64,000 nt of DNA, taken from Octopus sinensis. Taxonomy: Eukaryota. Location: assembly GCF_006345805.1 (NCBI RefSeq), contig NC_043012.1:27528001-27592000 (forward strand), written 5' to 3'. Below are positions 1-13,730 of the stretch, one piece after another; the stretch's first letter is position 1; each line of letters opens with the position of its first letter. The position numbers were made by a program, and so were the translations under genes. The notes beneath the pieces were generated by a model. It was not told the DNA's origin, made no database searches, and saw only the letters and a program-made list of their open reading frames with translations.

Positions 1-99
1 TACTCATAGGCTCCTGGCTATTAGGTTGCATTATGGAGTGGCTCCCATTAGGTGGGAGGGGCTGCCTCCTAAAATTGAGGCAGAAGGAAGGCCTGCTGT

Positions 100-2185
100 A
101 GCTGATCAAGTATATGAAACAAACAATTAAGCCAAATACAACTCATCTGATGAGGTCACTGCAGCTTTTTAAATGTACCTAAGACAGTGATTTATCCTAC
201 AAGGAAACTTCAATGCACATGGTGGCACTGATCTTCAGATGTGGTAAAGAGTGATTGGAAGGAATGGCAACTCTGAACTCAATGCAAATAGGGAGGCCTT
301 ACTAGGCTTCTGTGCTGGAAATGGGCTCTCCATTACAAGGATATACATAAGTATACCCTGTATAGGGATACTTTGGGACAGAGATCACTGATAGATTTCA
401 TTATCATCTCTGACATCTTTGGTTCTGTTCTGGACATTCTTGTAAAGAGGACAAAGGTAGTGACCAACTGATCACCACTTAGTTGTCTGCAACTTGAGAC
501 TATCAACAGCAGGGAGTAACGAGTGTGACATTTACAGGATAAAGTGGGAACCTCTGGCAGATGATGAGATCAGAAACAAATATGCTGACACTATTGCATT
601 CAAATTCAGAAATGAAGATGTAGAAACAGTTCAGCAGTTTGTTTTTCAGCTGTACCATGCTATAGACAAAAACAGCTCAGTGTGGCAGCAAGTAGCAAAA
701 GAATCCCTGGTTTAAACAGGAAGTTATAAATGCCATCCAAGCAAAGAAAGAGGATTGCAAAGCTTGGTTTGGAAACAAGTATCCCCTTTTGCACAAGCAG
801 TACACTGAGGTGCAAAAGGTCTCAGCAGAGACTGTAAAACATCCAAGGTTAAGTCATGGGAAGACTTTGAGGTTAAGCTGCATTCTGACTTTAGATTGGC
901 CAAATAAAATAGTATTTTGGCAGACCATCTGCTAAATTCATAACAAGAAGTCTTCCTTTGTACCTACCATAAAGAACTTTGAGATTCTTGTCTCAACAGA
1001 GAAGGGCATTCTTGGGAGGTGGAAAGAATACTTTGCTGATATCCTAAATCTAGCCACAATAAAACCTATATGCAATACAGGGTGCATATAAGGATGAAGA
1101 CTAACTTCAAAAAGACTCAAATGTGGCAAAGACCACTGGAGAGGATGAAATTTGGCCAAAGAAACTAAAAACGTTAAATAGAAAAAGTATTCTCTGGCTG
1201 GAAGACACCAAAGCAATGGCAATCTAGGGTAATAATCCCAATTTTTAAAAAGGGGGACAAGACAGTGCTCTAATTATAGAGGAATCTCCTTGTTGAGCTT
1301 CCTCAGTAAAGTCTACACTAGATGTCTGGAAAAGAGACATAAGGACATTGTCAAGCCCAAGCTAGCTGATGAACAGTGTGGCTTCCATCCTGGACACAGC
1401 ACAACTGACCAGATATTCATGCTATGGGAAACTTTTAAGACGTGTGTGCTTACTTTGTAGACATTGAAAAAGCCTATAACCATGTGCTGCAGGACATGCT
1501 ATGGAAGGTTTTGCAGAAGTTTGAGATTAATAGGTAACTTCTAGTTGCCATGAAGTTCCTATATAAATTCCCAGATGTTTGTGCTTGGGTAAATAGCACC
1601 GAGTTGAAACCTTTGACAGAGATGTGAATTATCACCTCTCCTTTTCAAATTTTTTATGAACTGAATTGACAGTGCAGCCATTGTCAAAGTGGTATCACAT
1701 TCAGTGGATGTAAGATAGTTAAGCTGATATTTGCAGACATGATGCTACTTAGCTCATCAGTTTAGTTATTCCAACCATCTTTTCTGCCCACTATTCCTGG
1801 GAGGGACTTTGGAGTAGAGTCCTCAAGTACTTTCTCCATAGAGTCCTATCAGAAGCAACCATCATTAGACTTTTTGGCTGGATTCCCAAATGTGACCGAC
1901 TGAGATTATGAATATTATCCAACTTACAGAATGTCACAGGAAAAAAATTGCAAGACACTCTTCAAGCTGAGCTATCTGGCAGGAGACTGGGAGGTGGAAG
2001 GTGGGGTAAACCAAGAACAAGGTAGTTGGATAATATCCATAATCTCAGTTAGTCACACTTGGGAATCCAGCCAAAAAGTCTAATGATGGCTGCTTCTAAG
2101 AGGACACTCTGGGAGAAGTACTTGAGGACTCTACTCCAAAGTCCCTCCCAGGAATAGTTTGCAGAAAAGATGGATGGAATAACTA
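100..2185 (+). mobile_element. Decayed RTE-clade LINE (APE endonuclease + RT remnants, 3' end)
   Basis: Broken-frame translations GNFNAH, SLIDF (EN), IIPIFKKGD..NYRGISLLS, EQCGFHPGHSTTDQIF, FVDIEKAY (RT) and C-terminal GKPRTR.LDNI; many stops and frameshifts. Confidence 0.85.
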
Positions 2186-2205
2186 AACTGATGAGCTAAG
2201 TAGCA
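1743..2205. repeat. ~180-bp inverted repeat (arms 1743-1924 and 2024-2205) of the RTE 3' end
   Basis: Arms read as near-exact reverse complements (gctacttagctcatcag... / ...ctgatgagctaagtagc); ~100-bp spacer. Confidence 0.9.
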
Positions 2206-2493
2206 GAGAAGATGGAGGGAATAAATAAAATGATATAGCAGTATGAATATATCATGTGATTGTGGGTCAAGATAATTTGCAGCACTGCGTTATTTGGATT
2301 TGAAGCCCTATTTCACTGACTGTAATAAAGATTTTCAAAGACTTATATTTTTTAATAAATCATCACAGCCAACAACAAAAATCAAAACAATGACATGCAT
2401 ATTCGTTTTCAATACATTCCCACAGATTCAAACATGAATATGCTAATTGTTATTTTATTTCGTTAATGGAAAACAACTTCTTATCGCTATGGA

Positions 2494-3767
2494 CAAGGGT
2501 GCGTCAGTTTTTTGAGGACACCTATTTCAAGTGCTCTAAATTTCTTCTAATTTTTTTTTAACCCTACTTTTCAGATAAATAATGTTAGAGATTAGGTTGA
2601 CTCAGCAAATGAAAAGGCATATTGTAATCATTGCCTTAAAAGTGCAACATAGTGATACAGAGACAGCTCACTTCTTGAAAGTTGCCTGATCTTCGTTGTC
2701 AAAGTTTGAAAGAAGCTGTAAGCTGCTGATGGGGATCTAACATCAGCAGCTGAATGCAAAACATGTGCAAAGGGTTCTAATACCATCAGAACACAAACTT
2801 TGTACAAAAAGTCCGAGAAATAATTGATATGAAATCCTGGAAAGTCAATCAGAGCCATTGCAAAGGACCTCAAGGTTTCAGAATGCACCATCAGAAGAGT
2901 TGTACATGAGGACATACAAGTTGTATGTGATGTGGAAGGATCAATTTATATCAGGTGTGTTAAAAGAGAATCATTTGATCCATACAAAGTGCTTGCTAAA
3001 CAAATTAAAACATGAAGAAGCTGGAACCCTTCAATCAAGACCAAAAGGTAAACCAAAGGAATGACAGATGGTTATGCAGAGACCCAAATGAGGTTCCAAT
3101 GATCATGCATAACTTGGGTTTCTGCATAACCATGTCATTCTTTCAGTTTACCATCACAGTTGTGGGAGGTGTTCCCAGCAACTGTGACATTTCTAGGAGT
3201 TGTCAGTAACAATGGAGATGTCATGCCTCCTCACTTTTTCTCACTGGAGTTACGAGTCAATGCTGTTGTCTATACAGAGGTGTTGGAGAAGTTGTAAGGC
3301 CCTGGATAGACTGAGTACGCAATGCAAGATTGTATATTTTCCAACAAGACTGTGCCATTTCATAAGGCTGAGACAACCTATGTGTGGATGCATGCCAATC
3401 TCCATGATCATGTTCTCCCAGGCACAAAGCCTCCTAGCTCACCAGACCTCAATCCACTATTATGGACTATTATGTAAGAGGCATAGTCAAGAGAGAGGTC
3501 AATCAACACCTCCATAACAGCATACAATCTCTCAAGACCCCCATAACCAGCACTATGTCAAAAATTGATAGAGATCATCTGATTCAGATATGACAATGCT
3601 TCCAACCTCATACTGAAGCAGCTAACAGTAGATTCCTTGAATAGGTTTGATAAAGGGATTCTCAAGATTATTTGTACCAATTTGTTTTCAAATATACCTT
3701 GTCTTTGTTGAGCTATGTGTCTTTTTCTAAATTCGTACAAATGAGCTCAAAAATCTGATGCATCTTG
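2494..3767 (+). mobile_element. Decayed Tc1/mariner transposon (maT/DD37D-like), about full length
   Basis: Imperfect TIRs caagggtgcgtcagttttttgag and ctcaaaaatctgatgcatcttg, followed by TA at 3768-3769; remnants NPGKSIRAIAKDLKVSECTIRRVVHED, GVVSN.GDVMPPHF, SSPDLNPL; ~1.27 kb. Confidence 0.8.
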
Positions 3768-3829
3768 TACAACAGTGATTAACATACACTGACAGATCTG
3801 TGAGTATTAAGAATGATAATTGTAAATCA

Positions 3830-4265
3830 TTCTTTTATTCTTTTACTTGTCTCAGTTATTTGACTGCAGCCATGCTGGGGCACCACCTTTAGTCGAGCAA
3901 ATCAACCCCAGGACTTATTGTTTGTAAGCCTAGTACTTATCCTATCAGTCTCTTTTGCCAGACTGCTAAGTTACGGGGGGCATAAACACACCAGCATCAG
4001 TTGTCAAGTGATGTTAGGGAGACGAATACAGACACAAACATATACACACACATTATAACCCATGCTAGCATGGAAAGCAGACGTTAAACGATGATGATGA
4101 TGATGATGACTGGCTTCTTACAGTTTGTGGCTACCAAATCCACTCACAGCCTTTGGTCAACCCAAGGCTATAGTAGAAGATACTTGCCCAACATACCATG
4201 CAGTGAGACTGAACCCGGAACCATGTGGTTGGTAAGCAAGCTACTTACCACACAGCCACTCCTGC
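3830..4265 (-). mobile_element. tRNA-derived SINE (minus strand) with an embedded RTE (GAT)n tail fragment
   Basis: Matches the reverse complement of the full SINE at 55179-55583 (tail and tRNA-like head); RTE tail acccatgctagcatgg..(gat)n at ~4057-4110. Confidence 0.75.
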
Positions 4266-6839
4266 TCCTCACATTTTTCATCTTAATAATTTTAATTTTC
4301 AAAATCGAAGTAATAATTATATTGTTACAACACAAAACTCTACAGACAAAAAATCCTACACCATAAAACACTACATTATCATGTGATTATGCAACCTATG
4401 ATCTATTCTTAAGAATGCTCCAACTTAGGATAATTTGGCATTCTTTTGTTTAAAGTATCATATATGGCAAAATGGACAGCTCACACACACACACACATAA
4501 AGCTGATCATGCTTGCATGCATACACATATATATACATACATAGAAAAAAGATATATGTATTTATGTATGTATGTACATATGCAAGATATACGGGTGTAT
4601 GTATGTGTGTGTTTGTGTGGAAGCATGTTCAGCTTTGTGTATGTGTCTGAATGTATGTGCAAGTGTGTTTCACTTATCAACTCATGGCCATATCCCTCAT
4701 AGATTTGAAAGACAAATGCTGGCTTCAACAGGACATGAAAACAAAAGTAAATAAATAAAAATTATTTACAGAAATTGCTGAACAATCAGCTGTCTATTTT
4801 GATGTATAATACTTTAACCAAAAGAATGCTGATAATTTTTATGTACAAGATATAGAATATTGTCTTTTACAAAATAAATATAGCATTAAAAAACAAAGAT
4901 TACAAACTATAAATTACACTAAATGCAGTCTTCTCTGTAAAGACTCTTTCCAAAGGCATTTTAAATTTATTATTCTTATGTTTTTAACTTTCAATTACCT
5001 CGTATATATTCTGTACTTAGATTGCTACTTTCTATGATGTTACTTGGCTTCTTTTAATAACTCACATGAATGGGATTTCTTCTTAGTGACAATTCAAATT
5101 CAAACATTGAGGTTAATGTCTTCTGTGAATATCTTATCTGTGAGACACTGAATGAAAGCCAAATCTGAGTTCATAAATCAGTCAAACCAAAATGCAGTTA
5201 GTTCATTGGTAGTAGCTATTTTGCATATTCTCTACATGAATCTAATTCAATATGTTCATCAAATGAGGTTTCCATATTAAAAGCATTTTCTTACCATAGT
5301 CTTAAAATGAACAGAAATGAGTTCCTTAATCATGCATAAGGGAAGGTTAATGTCATTAGCTTTCACTAGAATTTTAAGCACTTATCAATAATCTTTATAA
5401 GCAAAAACTTTTAAGATATGCCTGCAGATATGTATAATCAACCAAAATAAGTATTTAGTTTTCTATTTCCAACCCATGCCAGCATGGACAACAGACATTA
5501 AATCATGATGATGATGATTTCTATATCAACCAAAATAGGATTTCTTGGAAAAAAATATTTGCACAATTTTATATAATAAATGGAAACAACATTGTTTGCT
5601 ATTTACCACAGTCCAAAATACTGTCTACCCTACAAAGAAATTACTGACCAACCACCTCTTCTCAAAGAATTAAAGAATGAAAAGTCAGCAAATGTATAAC
5701 CAATATACTTAAATCAACTGAGATTTCTCAATGATAAACAATTCCTGAATATTCTGTACTACTTACATAATGTAAATCTATGTTATTCCTTTGCAAATAT
5801 GTAAATCTATGTTATTTCTTTGTCAATAATTTCAATTTCTGACTGATTCGAACTTTGTTACATATGATGCTGATTATATATGATTTTTGTGAAAGATCCA
5901 CATGTTCTTGTATAAAACAATGAGGCAAAAAGTGGGCTTTTATGCATCTAAATTCCTTTCATGGAACAACAATGGAGAATTTTTTTCTTAAGAATAATAT
6001 GTTCAGTAAACATAAGCATTGTTGCAATATCAATCCCATGTATTATTCTTCAAAAATGTTACCAAAAACTCAAATCCTTCAAACAGAGGAAATAACTTTT
6101 CATTTCTTGAGGTTTGTTAGGATTGGGAGTTTTATATTTAAATAAACCATTGTTTCAAACATATACATGCCTAACAAGTTCCATTTAATCTTCCTCTAAT
6201 CAGTCTCTTAAAGTTCGTAATTACTGTGAGTCGTTAAGTGTTTCAAGTTATGACACCATAGCTTATTCAAACCTATCTTGTAGCAGAATCAATTTACAGA
6301 CAAGTGGAAAGCAACATAAAGACAAGGAATTTTAGCAAATATTTAAGGTAAACTCATTTACTTGCTGAAATCTCAGCATCAATAATTTCCAAACTAATCT
6401 GATATAAATCAGATTTTCACAATCACAATTTGACAGTTATAATCACAAGTTGAATGTTACAACAGTCTTCATTTCTGCAACACTACAATATTTCATTCAT
6501 AGTTACAACCCTAATTCCAAACATCTTAAGGTCATAATCACAATTGAACTTCTAAAAAGTTGATTCTTCTAGGATGTAATTGTTTCCATTTCAACAAACA
6601 TTCATGGACTAAGTCATTTTTCAAAAGCAACTATAACTACAAAAGTATATGCATACAAGTATCCCTGCATAATGGTTACCTCAAATTACAGGATTTGGTG
6701 CTTGTGGAAATTGTAAAGTATGATCATTAATTTCAGGATATGGTCTGTTATTTCACCCTTACAAAAATTCGGATGAATTTTAACAAATTCAAACTACATT
6801 TTCTTCTTAGCCAAAATGCACATTTTTAGCTAAGAGCAA

Positions 6840-7718
6840 ACTATTCTTTTATTCTTTTACATGTCTCGGTCAGTTGACTGCAGCCATGAAGGGTTTTAGT
6901 CAAACAAATAGACCTCCAGGTCTTATTTTTTAAAGCCTAGTACTTATTCTATTGGTGTCTTTTGCCGAATCACTGTTTGCAGGGACGTAAACACACCAAC
7001 ACCAGTTGTCAAGCAGTGATGGGGAGACAAACATAGACACACACACACACAAGCTTCTTTCAGTTTCTGTCAACAAAATCCACTTACAAAGCTTTGGTTG
7101 GCCCGAGGCTATAGAAGACATTTGGCTCACAGATTTTTTAAACTAAACAGTTTGAAACTTTGTATACTGGTGTAATTTCTCATGCTAAACATGGCTTACT
7201 TTCAACATTTATGACAAAATTTCATAAGTTATTTTGTGTTAAAGTTGTCATATTTGGGTAATTTTAACCAATCAACTACGTGTAGTCAACTGAAGAAACC
7301 TACTGCAACAACTTCTAGGTTATCTCTACTAAATGTATTTTTCAAACACACCAAATAATCCACACATAGTTGAAAAATATATTTAGTAAAGATGACCCAG
7401 AAGTTGTTGCTCTTTGATTACTATCACAAACAGCAGGTTTCTTCAGCTAAATACATATCGTTGATTGGTTAAAATTACCCAAATACAACACTTCTAAAAT
7501 ACGAAATTTTATCAAAAATGTTGAAAGTAAACCATGTTCAGTGAGAGAAATTACACCAGTATACGAAGTTTCAAACTGTTTAGTTTTAAAAATAATTTTT
7601 TAAATCTGTGAGCCAAACTGAAGAGATCCAACATTTGTCCAAGGTGCCATGCAGTGATACTGAACCCAGAACCATGTGGTTGGGAAGCAAGCTTCTGACC
7701 ACAGTCACACCTGCACCT
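6840..7718 (-). mobile_element. tRNA-derived SINE split by a foldback insertion
   Basis: SINE body at 6840-7120 continues at 7633-7718 (head); same family as 55179-55583. Confidence 0.75.
7121..7617. mobile_element. ~500-bp foldback MITE-like element, almost wholly palindromic
   Basis: Ends tttggctcacagattt / aaatctgtgagccaaa; complementarity continues for >200 bp per arm; non-coding. Confidence 0.8.
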
Positions 7719-8079
7719 CTAGTTGATAATTTTAAGAACTATAATAACAATATACACACATGCATATGGATCACTATAAAGATTTACAGAGTGCATCGGA
7801 ATTTTTCAGTGAATTTTTGTGTGCATGAGTATTTTCTTGTGTTATAATGAGTATCTATCTATATAAATCAACTTTCACCAACACTACTATCTATTATCAA
7901 CTTGAACAACCCCATCAATACCAAGACCAATACAACTACTGCCATTATTAACCCACCAACTCCTTTATGATCTACAACAGCAACAATGAAGATTGACTTC
8001 AGATGAAACAGCAATAATTGACAAGAACAATATGACCACCGACAATACTTCCACCATCACCACCAGCTCTAACAATCCA

Positions 8080-9120
8080 GACAAGGCCATTAGAACAAAG
8101 AAATAAGCCTGGAAGAATGATGGTAGCAGAGAACTAGACCATGTAGCAAGGAAGGAGGCTAGAAGACAAGTTTACTTAGCCTGGGGAAAAGCACAAAGGA
8201 GGAAGTTTGCCAGTGTTCTGTGATGTGAAGACCAAACACTTGAAGTGGTTTAGATTGCAAGAAAGTGTGTCAGAGAATATCGTGATGTGGTAGGAGAGAA
8301 ATGTGTCCACATGGATGATGGCTCACTAGCAGTTAGTGATTCTGCAAAAGAGGCTTGGAAGTGACACTTTGAAAGGTTGCTAAATGTGGAGAATGCATTA
8401 GAGAAAGAGAGCCTGCCTAATGTAGATCCAACAGAGGGGCCAGCAATCCAAATTGACAGTAGCTTAGTATCTACTAAGCTATTAAGGATATAAAGACAGG
8501 GAAAGCTGTCATCCATATAATTAATCAGGTTGTCCGTGAGGAAATCATACGCACTGATTGATGTAGCAAGCATTATGGTCAACTGCTACAAAGATGAGTG
8601 ATGCCTTAGACAGAAATAATTATAGAGGCATCAAATTACTGGACCAGGTGATGAAAGTTGCAGAAAAGGGTCATAGGAAGAAAGTTAGCATAGACAAGAT
8701 AGAGTTTGGATCTGTGCCAGGGAGAAGCACCACCGATGCTATCTTCCAGATCAGACAACTGATGAAGAAATACTTGACCAAAAATAAACCTTTGTATTTA
8801 GCTTTTGTGGACATGGAGAAAGCCCTTGATATGGTCCCCCATTCCCTTATCTGGTGGGTAATGTGGGAGCTAGGGATAGATGAGTGGTTGGTGAGAGCTG
8901 TGCAAGCCATGTACAGGGATGCTGTCAGTAGGGTGAGAGCTGCCAGTGAGTATAGCAAGGAGTTTAGTATACAAGTAGAAATCTACCAGGGATCAGTTCT
9001 TAGCCCCCCCCCCTGTTTATCATAGTCTTCCAAGCTATAACTGAGAAATTTAAGACTAGCTGCCCTTGGGAACTCTTCTATTGCTGAATCACTACCAGAA
9101 CTAAAAAAGAAATTTCAAGT
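8080..9120 (+). mobile_element. RTE-clade LINE RT fragment
   Basis: ORF 8594-9025: NNYRGIKLLDQVMKV, FGSVPGRSTTDAIF, YLAFVDMEKALD, YQGSVLSP. Confidence 0.9.
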
Positions 9121-9124
9121 ATGA

Positions 9125-9405
9125 AAGCACAGACTGTGTGTGTGTGTGTGTATGCGTCTATATATATGTATGTGTATGCATATATGTACATGTGTGTGTA
9201 TATATTTCTGTGTCTGTGCTTGTCCCACCATCATTGCTTGACAACCAATGTTGGTGTGCTTATTATGTGCCCGTTACTTAGCGGTTTGGGAAAAGAGACC
9301 GATAGAGTAAGTACTACCAGAATAAGTCCTGGGTTCAATTTGTTCACCTAAAGGTGGTGCTTCAGTATGGCCACAGTCAAATGACTGAAACAAGTAAAAG
9401 AATAT
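9125..9405 (+). mobile_element. SINE 3' half
   Basis: Ends ggtggtgcttcagtatggccacagtcaaatgactgaaacaagtaaaag, as in the full SINE. Confidence 0.75.
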
Positions 9406-9439
9406 ATATATATATTACCAAAACAAAGCTTGCAACATC

Positions 9440-10720
9440 TACAGTGCGGTCAAACATGACAACAGAGAAAAGTTAAGTAAACTAGATGCCATTCCTTTAA
9501 CTGTTCAGACCTTATTTTTTCATAGATTGAAAACTTTACTGGGTAATAAAGGCCAGTTTGAAAGGTTTAAGAAGCATTTAAATTTACACAACATAATAAT
9601 GACTGGTGAAGCTGCTACAAATTATCCTGAGCAACTGAAAAAAAAATTATTGTTGAAGGGTGATACATTACATATAATGTTGATGAAACTGCGTTTTTCT
9701 AAAAGAGCATGCCTGCAAGACCTTTTATTTCTTAAGAAAAACAAAACTATGATATAAAAGCTTCCAAAAATTGCCTGATTCTTTTGGAAGGAAATGCTGC
9801 CACTAATATGAAATTATTGTCCTTACTCATGTACCACTCCAAAAATCCAACAGCTTTCAAGGAGTACGCAAAGTTTAATCTGATTTCAAATAAGAAGGCA
9901 TCAATGACTAAGAACCTTAAGAGTGGTTTACAAACATTATTTGTCCAACTGTAGAATGATGCAGTGCCAAACATATTTTCAACAAAACATTTGTCCCTTT
10001 AAATAAAATACAAAGCCACCCAATGAACTTCAATAAACTTTCTGATAGCATAAGTGCAGATAACATCCTCAAGAATATTTCTTTTCTCCAGTCAATGAAT
10101 CAAGGTGTGGTTGCTAATTTCAAGGCATATTATCTGAGAACTTTAACTTAAAACCTACAGTTACAGACTTCTGGAAGAAGTTCACCATAAAGGATGCTGT
10201 GGATAATATATTTGAGTCATGTGATAAAGTGAAACCCTCAACTCTGAAAGGTGTTTGGAAAAATATATGGCCAGGATGTCTCTGATTTTACAAGCTTTCC
10301 ATGAACAAAAGATGTCCATCAAATCTGGAAAGATAGTGTGACACACGTAAATGATGCAGAATTTGAAAAAAAGACATAGGTGATAATGTGGTTGATCTAC
10401 TAGTAGCCCAAAGAGAAAGTCTGATGAAAAGCTTGATGCCATTAGAACAGCAAACTGAGAAGAGATTCCACCAACTCCCACTTACATTGACTGCAAAGAA
10501 TATTGCTAAAAGGCTGGTACTTACACAAGGTCAGCAAGTATTTACTGATAATGACTCTATAATCTTGAAAAAATTACAAAGAATTTACAAACTCATTTCC
10601 TACACTAAGTTGTATAAAGAGATGCCATAAACATCAAACAACTTTCGATAAGTTTTCCCTTCAAGTAGATGTTGATGAATTAAAAGATACAAGATACTGC
10701 TCCTCATCCTGCCATCATCA
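9440..10720 (+). mobile_element. Decayed pogo/Tigger DDE transposase
   Basis: FERFKKHLNLHNIIMTGEAA, NVDETAF, LLLEGNAA..MK, MYHSKNPTAFK motifs across frameshifts. Confidence 0.8.
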
Positions 10721-11389
10721 CTCCTCACACAGTAAACGTGTTTTGGTCAGAATGTACTCAAATACCAATTTTATTCCTTAAACGCATCTCTCTTCAAATG
10801 TTTTTATGTATACATAGTATTGTGTATATTTAGAAATTGTTATTTTCATGCAGAAAAGTCGTTGCGATACTTCAGGTTTTTTTGGGGGGAGGGGCACTTT
10901 TTAACATGAAAATCGATGGGGGAAACTTAATTTTCTGTTACGGCAAGAATTTCTGGGACACAATACATCCATAACGCATTTGTGTTTCAACAATATGATT
11001 AACAATCATGAGCTACGAAGAGAATCCCTGTTAGGGAATTAATTTGTGCTTGCATATAAACATTTTCAAGGGATTTGGGGTACCTGAGGTTGATCTTGCT
11101 TTAGCTGATCATGACTAGCTGATGTTCAGAACTTTTACTTTAATTTGAGCGAATGTTTGTGTTGTGTTTATACGCTTAAATTGATCCAGCTAATATATTT
11201 CACGGGTGTACAGGGTCATTTTGTTGGAAATGACGTACTCAATTGATGAAGATGATAAGAAAGTTACCAATATTTTGAAATTATCGACATCACAATACCA
11301 TGAAGCAGTTATCTCTCGTTTACACATAAAATTTCTCATCTTACACCATTATTCCAATCTTTACAACAGGGTTCATTTAGAGAATCTAT

Positions 11390-11630
11390 GTTTATACATT
11401 CCATCCATCTCCTCCACCCACCATTCCTGGAAAGGTCGTGGAGTTGTATCCTCAGGCCTTTCCTCCTCCATAGGGTGCTATCAGAATCAGCCATCATTAT
11501 ACTTTCCGACTGGATTCCCAAGCATGACCAACTGAAACTAGATATTATGCAGCCATCTCATTTTTGGTCTACCCCTATGTCTCCTGCCGGTTGAAGAATC
11601 CAGCGACATTCTAATCACATCTATGTGTAT
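11390..11630 (-). mobile_element. RTE LINE 3' fragment
   Basis: Minus translation RRHRGRPKMRWLHNI and a gatggatgga tail, like 1990-2185. Confidence 0.65.
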
Positions 11631-13319
11631 ATACTATAACTTCTGAATAGAAGGCGACAATAGATCAAAAGGAACGAAAACGAAGTCGCTAAACGAAAAG
11701 CAAACGTAACAAATGTTGTGAAATTAGCAACAAAATGTGTAGCCAAGAATCATTGAATAATTATTTTCTGTGGTTATCGAGTTTAAAATGCACTGATTTA
11801 AAAATTAAAAGTGTTCCATGCCTTGTTTAGCTCGCGAAATTCAAAGAAGGAAATTTATCAGTTTGGTGGGAAACTTAATTTGATCAAAATAACTTCATGA
11901 GACTAAGCCCAAAGTAAGGAAAAACAAAATTTGATTAAAGTCACTTTTATAATACATTGCATATGATGAAAAAAAAACGACAGAGGTGAAGAGGAACTAA
12001 TAAAACTTCCTTAATACTTTTAAACCAGACTAAGAAAATCTATTATCACAAGATAACCTTTTCAATGTACTATAAAAAATATAATTCAATACTGAAATGA
12101 AAATCATTAACAAGAATGCTTTGATCTCCATGTATGTGGAAGCTACGAGTCATTGGATAAGCATTTTCGTAGCCAGTTCAATTTATGGAATGGTCACGAC
12201 CAAGTATATAATGATAACGCTGCAATGTAACGTGAATTTTACAAGAAAAAATTATGTTTATAATGATCGTACTGCATTTTCTTCGTTTGTCAATTGTAAG
12301 TGGTGTTGCTTTATCGTGTAATAATAACGGAAATCGAACTGCAATTCTCGAATACGAATCAAGTTTTAATTTATATAAAATATGGTTTCTTTCATTTTTC
12401 TTTTTTCAGTATCTTTAATTTACTGCATTTGACACCAGATCTTCGGTACTAGTATGCTTTCATACCTCATCCAACAGATTTGCTTTCCAGCTAAACAATT
12501 CCGCTTTTTATACTTTCGTTTTATCCCCACCTACCTGGTAAAGTATTCTATGAAAATAATCATCAAATACATTCAAATCTAAAGTTATCGTGAAGTTATT
12601 GATACCAATTTGAAATAAAATGGCAACATTATTCTTTAGCTATACAAATAAAATAAACCACCATGGAAATTCAGAATATTCGTCAAAGAAATTATGCAAA
12701 TGATACAAACATAAAAGCCACTTAAAAACTCCTTACATATAGTTCGGTTCTAGGTTTAAAAGCATGTTGAATTTTGAACCGTTATATTTATTGACGCAAA
12801 TAATTGCAGTAGTCGAAATTGTTTATCTCTTAATGGATATCATAAAATGTAAACTGTGAAACTGAAAATGAAATGACACACATGAATGGACACATACTGG
12901 GAAAGCGCAATATCAGTTGAAATCATGTCATTATCCTTTATGAAAAGTTCTAGTTCAAAGAAAGAAAAAAGAAAATTTGAAACTTTTTTTTTGGTGCACA
13001 TACAATCTGCTAAATTAGAATTTTTTTTTTTCAACTATAGGCATCGTATTATTTTAATAAGTTATGAAAATAAACATTGCAGAGGAATCACTAACGAAAA
13101 AAGCCTCTATGCGGTCGCTTGATTTGCTAAAAATAGTTGCCGATTTTCCCTCAAATTATGCCCTGCAATCTTGAAAATAAAGACAGGATTGGATAATGCA
13201 GTCCTAAATACTCGTAAAAAAACGAAATGATCATAGGTGGAACGGCTTTGATCGGAGGTAAACTTGATGCTAATATACAAAACAAAAACATTGACAAAAA
13301 ATTCCATATAAATACGTAC

Positions 13320-13730
13320 CTTGACAAGATCTTTTTGATTATCCTTAAGAGTTGCTGAATCCATTCCGGCTGGAAGTTCTTCCCTACTAGTTTCCAAACC
13401 AGAAGGGCTTGGATTAGAACTTGAAACCGAACCTTCATGATCGGGTGAGCCACTCGGTGCTATAGTAGTTAGAGTTGTACCACAAATGACACTAGCACCG
13501 CAACTAATATTTTGAATGGTGCTTCCAGTAATGCTAGAAGTAGCAGCACTATTCGGATTGCTAGTACTGTTACCACCAACAACACTTAAATTACTGCAAT
13601 AACCAGCACCGCCACTGCTGTGACCGGCAAGCACTGTGCTTACTCCTGTGTAATCAGCTAACCTTTCTGCGGCAGCAGCATTTTCGCGGGATTTGCTTCC
13701 GTCTCGAGATTTTCCTTTTCTTGAACTCAT
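13320..13730 (-). CDS. Probable first coding exon (137 codons) of an unidentified host gene; Ser/Gly/Thr-rich N-terminus ending MDSATLKDNQKDLVK
   Basis: Open ATG-initiated frame with higher GC than flanks and no transposon motifs; AAG|GTACGT splice donor after 13320, where protein-like composition stops. No downstream exon recognised in 1-13319. Confidence 0.75.

Noticed and set aside
2187-2200. CTGATGAG as a hammerhead core
   Set aside because: No stem II or GAAA follows; it is the antisense of RTE coding sequence.
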